The notes under the pieces are model-generated. The model was not told the origin of the DNA. It searched no databases and saw nothing but the letters and a program-made list of their open reading frames with translations. The position numbers and the translations under genes were made by a program. A stretch of DNA of 64,000 nt. Origin: Candidatus Babelota bacterium (GTDB taxonomy: Bacteria > Babelota > Babeliae > Babelales > JACPOV01). Positions 45,890-54,577 of this stretch are shown here, piece after piece; the first letter of the stretch is position 1, and each line of letters begins with the position of its first letter. The stretch spans positions 2,498 through 66,497 of the forward strand of contig JAKJAQ010000008.1 of the NCBI GenBank assembly GCA_022707425.1, written 5' to 3'.

Positions 45890-46968
45890 AAAAGCTAAAT
45901 TATTCATTTATATTATTACCGGTTAGTTCTTTATCGTTATTTTTTCTGCTCACGTTCATGATTAATTTAATCATAATGCCAAATAGTTGGTGTATGGAAC
46001 AACCGCAAGAAATTGAACTATCACAAGGTGACACAGAAGAATCTTCTGAAGAACGAGAAGAAGTAAGTAATGAAGAACAACTTGATACGCTTATTGAAAA
46101 AATGCAGCTTGCAGGTACCCAATTGGTCGAGGCTATAAAAAATAAAAAGCACTTTCAAGAAATACAACGAGCATATGCTCTTCAAAAAAAATTATCAGCT
46201 GCCGCCGAAAATCTCATTGCTAAATTGCAAGAAACACCTACAGCTAACCTTAAAACTTTAATAAGCCAATTTAAACAAGCAAAAATGAAATTTAGCGGTC
46301 AACTAAAAAGTCCTCTTTTTATCCTTAATGAAGCATTGCAACCCGAGACCGTAAAAGCGATACTTGGATCAACAATGAAAAGCACAAAGGAAGAGGACAT
46401 AGCAAGAGCACTTGAAGGGTATTATAACCATCAGTTGTATAACGCAAATTATGCAGCTCTCATTTATTTAACTCTCCTTGAAGACAATAACACCCTTATT
46501 CAAGAAATTGTTGACGAAGATGATGCAATAGCAAAGCAAAAACTTGAAATCGATAAGATAAAAAACAACGAAGAACGACTGTTGGAAATGTCAATTCTTG
46601 ATGAGCGAAAATCTGACCTCAATGCCAAAAGAAATCTGCTTATTCCACTTTTAAGATCATTAGAGACAGCTTTAGATTATGGAAACAAAGCACAGTCCTT
46701 GATGAAAAAACAAAGCATAGCTGTAGACTCGCGCTTCGCAAACGATCAAGCACAATTATCTCAAAAGTGGAGTAATTATTATAAAAAAATAGATCCTGAA
46801 TCCCTAGAAGCTGGATCAGCTAAAAATGAAGCATTACGACAAGAATGGGCGCGACAAGCACTGAAGTTATCTGAAACAGTAAAAAAGACACCCGAACGAA
46901 AAGGTAGCGTAAAAGATATTCAAAAATTAATAAAAGAAACAAAACTTAAAGAATCTCAAAAGAAATAA
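45886..46968 (+). CDS. exported helical protein, tandem paralog 2 of 3
   Basis: ATGA overlap with paralog 1. Hydrophobic N-terminus, acidic tract, ANYAALIYLTL, ALDYG and KKIDPESL matching paralog 1, and a Lys-rich tail. Confidence 0.65.
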   Translation: MKKLNYSFILLPVSSLSLFFLLTFMINLIIMPNSWCMEQPQEIELSQGDTEESSEEREEVSNEEQLDTLIEKMQLAGTQLVEAIKNKKHFQEIQRAYALQKKLSAAAENLIAKLQETPTANLKTLISQFKQAKMKFSGQLKSPLFILNEALQPETVKAILGSTMKSTKEEDIARALEGYYNHQLYNANYAALIYLTLLEDNNTLIQEIVDEDDAIAKQKLEIDKIKNNEERLLEMSILDERKSDLNAKRNLLIPLLRSLETALDYGNKAQSLMKKQSIAVDSRFANDQAQLSQKWSNYYKKIDPESLEAGSAKNEALRQEWARQALKLSETVKKTPERKGSVKDIQKLIKETKLKESQKK

Positions 46969-47000
46969 TGCATAGACCTAAAAAATAGGTATACTTACTC

Positions 47001-47036
47001 ATGCGGCGGGAAAAGTTTCTCGCCGCATTTTTTTTC
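47001..47036 (+). terminator. Rho-independent terminator
   Basis: atgcggcg (47001-47008) pairs with cgccgcat (47021-47028), followed by tttttttt. Confidence 0.8.
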
Positions 47037-47070
47037 CTTAACCTACTCTACCTATTTCAAAAGGATTTCT

Positions 47071-47904
47071 ATGAATTATCGCTCTTTGTTATTTTTAATG
47101 ACTGCTTGTTCAACCTTACTGAATGCAATGGATTATAAGGAATCTGAAAATCAAAAGAAAAAAATGATCAACGAAGGTGCACAGTTAGTTACGCAAGCCA
47201 TAACTCATGTTCATCAACTTAAACACACCGATAATTGGAGAATTTTGACAAACCTTACTCAAGGAGTTGATATCGTTTGCTCAAAGTTGCATCATACTCA
47301 AGGTATTGAAGCCCATCCAAATGAAGTAAAACAAGTTATTTTAGCAAAAGCGAAATTTGATAAAGCAGTTCGCATAAAAAGTGATGGTGCATACAGTGTT
47401 CTCCGCTCAAGAATTGAAAAAAATGAATTGGCATTTATTGCCAATATTGCTTTTCAAACCACGTTTGCTTCCAACTACGTGGCCGATTATACAGAAGACC
47501 TTATTTGCAAAGAAGCGTTGCTTAGAAAGGCCTGGATCGCGCTTGGTTTGTATAGTACTGCTGTAGCTAAACAAAATAAATATAATTCACTTCATTCACA
47601 AACTGCTACCGATTACGCTCTTCTTTCTCATGTGACCGAAGAGCTTATAAAGAAAAACTTTGATAAATTTGATTGGACTGAACAACATACACTTGAAAAT
47701 AATGATCTAAATATAACTTATTACACCCCAGCGCCTAAAAATACAAATGCAAGTGCACCCCGTGAAGGGAGAATTGCAAAATTAATGCGCAAGCTTACTC
47801 AATCAAAAATAGAGACTCTTGAATCAAAAAAAGAAGAAAATAATAATAATAATCTTAAAAAGTCTTTATCGATGGATGGAATGAATAAATTCGCCAAAAA
47901 ATAA
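47071..47904 (+). CDS. exported helical protein, tandem paralog 3 of 3 (most diverged)
   Basis: Signal MNYRSLLFLMTACSTLLNA. SNYVADYTEDL motif at the equivalent position. Lys/Asn-rich tail. Confidence 0.6.
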   Translation: MNYRSLLFLMTACSTLLNAMDYKESENQKKKMINEGAQLVTQAITHVHQLKHTDNWRILTNLTQGVDIVCSKLHHTQGIEAHPNEVKQVILAKAKFDKAVRIKSDGAYSVLRSRIEKNELAFIANIAFQTTFASNYVADYTEDLICKEALLRKAWIALGLYSTAVAKQNKYNSLHSQTATDYALLSHVTEELIKKNFDKFDWTEQHTLENNDLNITYYTPAPKNTNASAPREGRIAKLMRKLTQSKIETLESKKEENNNNNLKKSLSMDGMNKFAKK

Positions 47905-47916
47905 TTTATACAACTA

Positions 47917-48954
47917 TTATTTCAATAGCGCTTCTTTGAAAAAATCAAGTTGCTCGAGAACTTTGCCCGCTCCCATAACAACACAAAGGAGCGGGTTTTC
48001 TGCAAGCGTTACCCGCAATCCCGTTTCCTTTGAAATTAATTGAGCAAGTCCACGTAATAATGAACCACCACCGGCCATCACAATTCCTTTATCAACTAAA
48101 TCTGATGACAATTCTGGCGGTGTATTTTCAAGAGCAACACGCACAACATCAACTATGGTAGCAATTGTTTCTAATAATGATTCATGAACTTCGGCGCTCG
48201 TGAGCACGATTGTTTTTGGAACACCAGTTACTAAATCACGCCCTTTGACTTCCATTGTTTCAGCATTTGAATCAGGCATAACTGAACCAATTTGAATTTT
48301 AATTAATTCAGCCGTTCGTTCACCAATCAATAAATTGTATTTACGTTTTACATATTGAACAATTGCGCGATCCATTTCGTCGCCGCCAACACGCACCGAA
48401 CGGCAAAACACCACATCTTTGAGCGCAATGACCGCAACTTCAGTGGTACCGCCACCAATATCAACAATCATGCTGCATGATGGATCTTGTACTGGAAGGC
48501 CAGCGCCAATTGCCGCCGCCATTGGTTCCATAATAGTATACACTTCACGCGCACCAGCTTGTTTTGCTGAATCTTCAACTGCGCGACGTTCAACTTGTGT
48601 AATTCCTGAAGGAACACCAATAATCATTCGTGGACTGATCATCATACGGCGATTACCGTGCACTTTTCTGATAAAATAACGCAGCATGCTTTCAGTTAAT
48701 TCAAAATTTGCAATCACCCCATCACGCATTGGACGGCATGCAACAATACTTTCTGGCGTTTTGCCAAGCATCTCTTTTGCACCTCTACCTGCTGCGAGAA
48801 CTTCATTAGTTTTTGCATTAATTGCAACAACTGATGGTTCATCAAGCACAATACCGCGATTGCGTACATATACTAATGTATTAGCTGTACCCAAATCAAT
48901 TGCAAGATCGGTTGAGAAGTAACTGAACAATCTTTTTGCAGGAAAAAATCTCAT
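47917..48954 (-). CDS. mreB: rod shape-determining protein MreB
   Basis: Actin-fold motifs DLGTANTLVY, VIGVPSGITQVERRA, IVDIGGGTTEVAVI, GIVMAGGGSLLRGL. Confidence 0.95.
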   Translation of the reverse strand: MRFFPAKRLFSYFSTDLAIDLGTANTLVYVRNRGIVLDEPSVVAINAKTNEVLAAGRGAKEMLGKTPESIVACRPMRDGVIANFELTESMLRYFIRKVHGNRRMMISPRMIIGVPSGITQVERRAVEDSAKQAGAREVYTIMEPMAAAIGAGLPVQDPSCSMIVDIGGGTTEVAVIALKDVVFCRSVRVGGDEMDRAIVQYVKRKYNLLIGERTAELIKIQIGSVMPDSNAETMEVKGRDLVTGVPKTIVLTSAEVHESLLETIATIVDVVRVALENTPPELSSDLVDKGIVMAGGGSLLRGLAQLISKETGLRVTLAENPLLCVVMGAGKVLEQLDFFKEALLK

Positions 48955-48980
48955 CGTATGCCCACCTTTTCATTTGCCCG

Positions 48981-50222
48981 TTAAAAACTAAATAATAAGC
49001 CTAAAGAAATACGCTGCGTTTTGCTCACGTTTTTTGCCGCTAAAACTGAAACTGGCATATCCCACCGCAATTGTGCAATAGGTGCCCACCAATATGGTTT
49101 ACGTACGCGCGCAAAATCATAAAACGCATAGACACTAAAATATTCTGAATTAAAATCTGAAAATTTACGAACTGTTTCAAGTGTTGCCGGTGGCTGTGGA
49201 TCGGTACGCGCATCTTTTATTGAATCACGCAAATGGAAAACAGCGGTGTATACTAATTGACCACCCAGTCCTTCACGAATATCTTCGATGCGAATATAGG
49301 GAGAGAACATAAAAGTAAATCCTGGAGAAACACGCAGATCGCCAACAACTGCACCAAAAAGCGGTTGCTCATTGGCAATTGCAATTCGCTCTTTGAGTGT
49401 TCGTGCAAATCGCTTACTAATACGCACGTTCAATCCTACTTTCCAATCTTCTTTCACCTCAACTTCGGTGTCACCAGCGATATATAAACCAAAAAAACCA
49501 TCGCCACCAAACGGGAGTGATGCTGGATTATTAATTTCTCGTGTCAACCCTGAATTAATAAGCATACCAACGCGGCCACCACAATCAACTCTGCGCAATT
49601 TATATACATATTCCCAAATTTTACCAATACGAGCATACAGATCAATATCTGAAAAACCAACTTTACTAAATTTGGGTGCGTCAAAACCAAGAAACGCTTG
49701 CGTTTGCCTTCTAATTTCATCTAACTGCAATATTTGATCGCTCGTTAACGAAAAACGACGTGCTGTTTCATCTGAAAGTCTAAAATTAATGCGAGAAAAA
49801 AGATGCATAAAAAAAGCGTTACCACCAACCCAAAAATGATCAGTAAATCGATGTTCAAATGAAAATGCAAAACCTTGTGCATCGATAGCACCGCTCATGT
49901 TGTAAATAATTTCGGTCAAATTTAAAAAATCTGGTGAGAGCGGATTTGGATTACCCAATAACACAACGGCATTTGCTAATTTGGTAAAATCGTAGACACC
50001 AAATATTTCAGGAATACCAATTACCGTATCTTCTTCGCGAGTAGCATTGTGTCCCAGAAACACAAACGCATCTCCAGTAAGATAGGTACATTTTTCATTC
50101 GTTCGTGAATAAATATGCGGGTACAATGGAAAATAGCGATTATCATACACCATTGCTCTTAGGCTCGTAACCCAACATATGATGAACGCAGAGAGTAAGA
50201 TTTTTTTTGGCACATGCATCAT
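48981..50222 (-). CDS. putative outer-membrane beta-barrel protein (paralog of 375-1754)
   Basis: Signal-like KKILLSAFIICWVTSLRA. C-terminus RISLGLLFSF ends in Phe. LPFGGDG motif shared with the first ORF of the window. Confidence 0.6.
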   Translation of the reverse strand: MMHVPKKILLSAFIICWVTSLRAMVYDNRYFPLYPHIYSRTNEKCTYLTGDAFVFLGHNATREEDTVIGIPEIFGVYDFTKLANAVVLLGNPNPLSPDFLNLTEIIYNMSGAIDAQGFAFSFEHRFTDHFWVGGNAFFMHLFSRINFRLSDETARRFSLTSDQILQLDEIRRQTQAFLGFDAPKFSKVGFSDIDLYARIGKIWEYVYKLRRVDCGGRVGMLINSGLTREINNPASLPFGGDGFFGLYIAGDTEVEVKEDWKVGLNVRISKRFARTLKERIAIANEQPLFGAVVGDLRVSPGFTFMFSPYIRIEDIREGLGGQLVYTAVFHLRDSIKDARTDPQPPATLETVRKFSDFNSEYFSVYAFYDFARVRKPYWWAPIAQLRWDMPVSVLAAKNVSKTQRISLGLLFSF

Positions 50223-50275
50223 TCGTTTATCATCCCAATTTTTTTTCGATGTGCATCGTTGTTTGCAATTATATA

Positions 50276-50364
50276 TGGAGAGAGAGGGATTCGAACCCCC
50301 GATCCCACGTTAATGGGATAACCGCTTTCGAGGCGGCCGCTTTCGACCACTCAGCCATCTCTCC
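50276..50364 (-). tRNA. tRNA-Ser (anticodon CGA)
   Basis: Reverse complement reads GGAGAGATGGCTGAGTGGTCGAAAGCGGCCGCCTCGAAAGCGGTTATCCCATTAACGTGGGATCGGGGGTTCGAATCCCTCTCTCTCCA. 7-bp acceptor stem, anticodon loop CTCGAAA, long variable arm (class II), GGTTCGAATCC T-loop. CCA is not encoded. Confidence 0.92.
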
Positions 50365-50578
50365 AGCGTATCTTTTTTTCCTCTTTTTATGGCGAGGCTT
50401 GCTCTCTATAATACTCCATTCTCTTTTTTTTTAAAGATTTTTGCTTATTGTTAATCAATACGCGGTGAAAATTGACAATTAAATACGCTCACGTTTAAGC
50501 TTTTGACGATTGGTTCACATAAACAACATCATTTTCAGTAGAAACTCATGAAACATGTATTATAATAAAGGAGCAGGG

Positions 50579-52063
50579 ATGAATGCATCGTCTATCCAAG
50601 CGATTATTTTGGCCGCTGGTAAATCAACACGATTCAACACAGGCCGATCCAAACTTCTTGAAAGACTCTGTGGACAAGAAATGATTCTTTACACAACAAA
50701 ACTTTTTGAATCACTTTCTTTACCAACTACCGTTGTACTTGGATACGAAGCTGAAAATATAAAAAAAGTAATTACAAATCACCACACTCAAATCATGTTT
50801 GCAGAACAGCCTGAACAAAAAGGCACAGGACATGCTCTTGCATGTTCGCAACATACATGGATGAGCGACCACATTTTGGTTATAAATGCAGACATGCCTC
50901 TAATTACCAAAAAAATTATCAATGAACTCATCGAAAAACATCTCACGAAGAATGCTGATGTTTCATTTGTCACTTCACATACAGAAAATCCATCACAATT
51001 TGGCTATGGACGCGTTATTCAACAAAACGGCACTCTTAAAATTGTTGAAACACGAAACTATCAAGGTACAGAAATTGATGACTGCTGCATCAATGCTGGT
51101 ATTTATATGTTCAAAAAAACTTTTTTGAATAATTATTTACCGCAACTTGGCAGCCAGAATGCTCAAAATGAATTTTATTTGACCGATTTGATCGAGAAAG
51201 CAAGCGCTCATCAACTCACTATTGAAACTGTTGCTGCATCATTTGATCACATTCGCGGTGTAAACACACTCAAAGAATTGTGGTCAGCTGAACAAATAAA
51301 ACGGGCTGAACTCATTAGCCATTGGATGGATAATGGTGTGCGTTTTTTTGCTGCACAAGCGGTGCATGTTGATGAGAATGTAACAATCGGGCAAGGCAGT
51401 ACTATCAGTTATGGAACTCATGTCATTAATGGCACTAAAATTGGGATCAATTGCCACATTGAACCGTTCTCCATTATTAGTAATAGTACCATCGGCAACA
51501 ATGTTACCATTTATTCTCATTCCGTAATCACCGATTCAACCATTGAAGCACATACAAAAATTGGTCCATTTGCACATATTCGTACTCATTCAACCATCAA
51601 ACAATCAGCTACGGTCGGCAATTTTGTTGAACTCAAAGCAACAACACTTGGTGCCAATAGCAAAGCAAAACATTTAGCTTATTTAGGCGATACTACTGCC
51701 GGTGAACGGGTAAATATTGGCGCAGGAACTATTACATCAAATCACAATGGTTTTTCAAAACAACCAACCACTATTGAAGACAATGCATACATTGGAAGCA
51801 ATAATACGCTTGTTGCACCACTCACCATTGGTAAAAACTCATATACTGCCGCAGGATCAGTAATTACAAAACAAGTACCACCCGAAGCACTCGCCATTGC
51901 ACGCGCCTATCAAGTTAACAAAGAAGGATATGCCCGAAAATTACGAGAAAAATTTGCAAAAGAACAACAAACAAAAACAAATGAACTAAAAGAAAGCGAG
52001 GCGGTTTCATTTGTTGCTGCACTCAAAACTCACAACGATTCAACTCTCTCAGGCAATACATGA
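50579..52063 (+). CDS. glmU: bifunctional UDP-N-acetylglucosamine pyrophosphorylase / glucosamine-1-phosphate N-acetyltransferase
   Basis: ATG 50579 behind AAAGGAG. AIILAAGKSTRF, GTGHA. C-terminal hexapeptide-repeat (left-handed beta-helix) region, NIGAGTITSNHNG. Confidence 0.9.
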   Translation: MNASSIQAIILAAGKSTRFNTGRSKLLERLCGQEMILYTTKLFESLSLPTTVVLGYEAENIKKVITNHHTQIMFAEQPEQKGTGHALACSQHTWMSDHILVINADMPLITKKIINELIEKHLTKNADVSFVTSHTENPSQFGYGRVIQQNGTLKIVETRNYQGTEIDDCCINAGIYMFKKTFLNNYLPQLGSQNAQNEFYLTDLIEKASAHQLTIETVAASFDHIRGVNTLKELWSAEQIKRAELISHWMDNGVRFFAAQAVHVDENVTIGQGSTISYGTHVINGTKIGINCHIEPFSIISNSTIGNNVTIYSHSVITDSTIEAHTKIGPFAHIRTHSTIKQSATVGNFVELKATTLGANSKAKHLAYLGDTTAGERVNIGAGTITSNHNGFSKQPTTIEDNAYIGSNNTLVAPLTIGKNSYTAAGSVITKQVPPEALAIARAYQVNKEGYARKLREKFAKEQQTKTNELKESEAVSFVAALKTHNDSTLSGNT

Positions 52064-53307
52064 TTCGTTTTATTCATACTGCAGATATCCATTTTGGTGT
52101 AGAAAATTATGGACGCATTGATCCTGCAACAGGTATTCATTCACGATTGCTCGATTTTGAAAAAGCGCTCAACTTTTGCATTGATTACGCAATTGAACAC
52201 AACGTAGATTTTTTTTTGTTTGCAGGTGATGCCTATAAAACAACACATCCAAGTCCGACACAACAACGGCTGCTCTTAAAGTGTTTTTTGCGTTTACATC
52301 AAGCACACATACCATTAGTAATGGTTGTTGGAAATCATGATCATCCACTTAGTTTTGGTAAAGCACATACGCTCGATATTTTTAATCAACTACCGTTGAG
52401 CGGTTTTCATTTAATTGCAAAACCACATGCATTTGTTCTTGAAACGAAAAGCGGACCAGTCAATATTGTGGGTCTTCCCTGGCCAAATCGCACAACGGTA
52501 GCTGGCGCACAACAGCACATGTTTAAATCGGCGATTGAATTAACCGATTATATTGCACAATCTACAACAACTATTCTTACTCATTTAGTAACACAAATTG
52601 ATCATGCATTGCCATCGGTGCTTACGGGACATTTAACAGTGAGCTCTGGCATTTTTTCAGGCTCAGAAAAGCGCGCAGTGTATGGAAACGATCCACTCTT
52701 TTTACCTTCGCAGCTTGCGATCGCACCATTTGATTATGTGGGACTTGGCCATTTGCATCGTCATCAAAATCTTAACCCAAGTGGTCATCCACCACTTGTT
52801 TACTCAGGATCTCCGGAGCGAATTGATTTTGGAGAACGAAAAGAAGAAAAAGGATTTTGTGATGTTATGTTACATGAAAAAGGAAATACAACATACGAAT
52901 TTGTAAAAACACCAGTACGCCCACTTGTACAAATTGATGTGACACTTAATACGACAACCGATTACACACAACAAATTATTGCATCAATTGAAAAACGAAC
53001 AATCGCTGATGCAATTGTAAAAATTGTATATCACGTGCCTGCTGGCACAAAAGATACGGTTGACTTGTCAGCTGTTGAACGGGCATGCACATCTGCACTT
53101 GATCTTGTTGCAGTGATTCCAGTACATGAACATAAAGTCCGCGAAAAAAGATCACATTTAAAAATTGATATGGATCTTGAAACATTACTCGATATTTATT
53201 TCGATTCTAAACCTGAGCTTAAAAACGCAAAAAATCGATTGATTGAAAAAACATTACAACTTAAAGATGAACTTACACTTCAAGAAATAGCCCAAGAGCA
53301 AACATAA
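52060..53307 (+). CDS. sbcD: SbcD/Mre11-family nuclease
   Basis: Calcineurin-like phosphoesterase motifs IHTADIHFG, FAGDAYKT, VVGNHD, GHLH. ATGA overlap with glmU. Confidence 0.8.
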   Translation: MIRFIHTADIHFGVENYGRIDPATGIHSRLLDFEKALNFCIDYAIEHNVDFFLFAGDAYKTTHPSPTQQRLLLKCFLRLHQAHIPLVMVVGNHDHPLSFGKAHTLDIFNQLPLSGFHLIAKPHAFVLETKSGPVNIVGLPWPNRTTVAGAQQHMFKSAIELTDYIAQSTTTILTHLVTQIDHALPSVLTGHLTVSSGIFSGSEKRAVYGNDPLFLPSQLAIAPFDYVGLGHLHRHQNLNPSGHPPLVYSGSPERIDFGERKEEKGFCDVMLHEKGNTTYEFVKTPVRPLVQIDVTLNTTTDYTQQIIASIEKRTIADAIVKIVYHVPAGTKDTVDLSAVERACTSALDLVAVIPVHEHKVREKRSHLKIDMDLETLLDIYFDSKPELKNAKNRLIEKTLQLKDELTLQEIAQEQT

Positions 53308-53309
53308 CC

Positions 53310-54473
53310 TTATGCCGGCATTCCTGTTTGTTCATGCGAAAAATAAACTACCGACGCAGAATCGAAGAGTTTCTTTTTGTATTGTTCGATAATTTTACCA
53401 GCTTTTTCTTGGCGCAATTGAGCAACGATTTGTTTATAACGTTTTTTGAGCGAAATAACGGCGCGCGGTTTGTTTATCACAATTCTATACAATTCAAAAC
53501 CGCCATCCGTTTCTTGCGGTTGAGAAATAGTTGGTGGCTGCAAAGTCATAATAAATTTAAGATGTTCAGCTAATTCGTTTTCCACAAACCAGCATGGTGT
53601 ACTCCATTGCACCGAGTAACCGGTCCCCTTTTGGGCAAATTCTACTAACTGATTTAACTGCATTTCATGAGAAATAGCATGATCATAGGGCACAAATGCA
53701 CGTTCCGCTTTCACACGAGCTTCCTTGTAGAGTGGATGCGCATTATAATAAGCAACTATCTCTTCTTCCGGGACAGCCATTGTTTGCATTTTCATTTCGG
53801 TCATATAATTCACTGCATACATTTTTTTAAGCTCTTTGATCCCTTCCTGCAAACTGAATCCGGAACGTGAAAGAACTTGTTCCAAATCACTCATTGACCA
53901 ATTATTTTGCCGACAAAGTCCATCAATGTAGCTATTAACAATTGCGTTATCAAACGGATCCATTTTTTGACGTTCCATTACCTGAACCCAATCTTGATAG
54001 GCTAATTCACTAAAAGCAAAATGTTCAAAAAGTTCGGTTTCATTGCGCGCCGAGATTGGTGCTAAGCCAGGTTTATATTTTTCTGAGTCACAAACAATAT
54101 AACTTCGTTCAGGACCGTTAACTCTACAAGCCACGCCATCAATAAATTGTCGATTGCTTTTTTTTACTACCGCAGTTTGTGCAGTGGCGATTGGTGATTG
54201 TGTATTGTGTTCTTTTGTTTGACCTGCCGTTTGTACTGTTTTTGTCTTGGCAACTAACTGTTTGTTTTTTTCTGGCTGTTTTTTTTCAACTATTTTTTTT
54301 GATGAAGTTTGTACTGTCTGCGTTTTGGTTACCGGAACCATCTTGCTCTTGGTAACAGGTGTGGCTGGTTTTGGCAGCGTTTTGCTCACCACTTTTTTCG
54401 CAGCAGTTACCCCAAACGCTTCATTTGAAAAATGCAACACGCTCAGAGCCAAGATGAAGAAATAGATATTCAT
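53310..54473 (-). CDS. SurA/PpiD-like periplasmic chaperone (parvulin-like domain apparently degenerate)
   Basis: Signal MNIYFFILALSVLHFSNEAFG. Lys/Thr/Gln-rich linker. EEEIVAYYNAHPLYKE-type SurA N-domain pattern. Assignment is by pattern only. Confidence 0.5.
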   Translation of the reverse strand: MNIYFFILALSVLHFSNEAFGVTAAKKVVSKTLPKPATPVTKSKMVPVTKTQTVQTSSKKIVEKKQPEKNKQLVAKTKTVQTAGQTKEHNTQSPIATAQTAVVKKSNRQFIDGVACRVNGPERSYIVCDSEKYKPGLAPISARNETELFEHFAFSELAYQDWVQVMERQKMDPFDNAIVNSYIDGLCRQNNWSMSDLEQVLSRSGFSLQEGIKELKKMYAVNYMTEMKMQTMAVPEEEIVAYYNAHPLYKEARVKAERAFVPYDHAISHEMQLNQLVEFAQKGTGYSVQWSTPCWFVENELAEHLKFIMTLQPPTISQPQETDGGFELYRIVINKPRAVISLKKRYKQIVAQLRQEKAGKIIEQYKKKLFDSASVVYFSHEQTGMPA

Positions 54474-54501
54474 TGGTGCAATCCCTTTTTACTACTAAAA
54501 G

Positions 54502-54530
54502 AAAGAGGGGCACAAAATAAGCCCCTCTTT
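54502..54530 (-). terminator. terminator hairpin candidate
   Basis: aaagaggggc (54502-54511) pairs with gcccctcttt (54521-54530), 10 bp. On the minus strand it is followed by cttttag. Confidence 0.55.
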
Positions 54531-54577
54531 ATATCCTAGTTTAGGATCTTTTTGCACAATGTACAAGCAGCTTTCTC

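Noticed and set aside
50207-50434. 75-aa plus-strand ORF spanning 50207-50434
   Set aside because: It runs antisense across tRNA-Ser (50276-50364) and the intergenic DNA. It has no RBS and an odd composition.
50223-50578. tRNA-Ser flanks examined for an integrated element (integrase, direct repeat of the tRNA 3' end)
   Set aside because: No integrase or recombinase ORF is present, and I saw no duplicated tRNA 3' segment nearby. The neighbours are an OMP gene and glmU.
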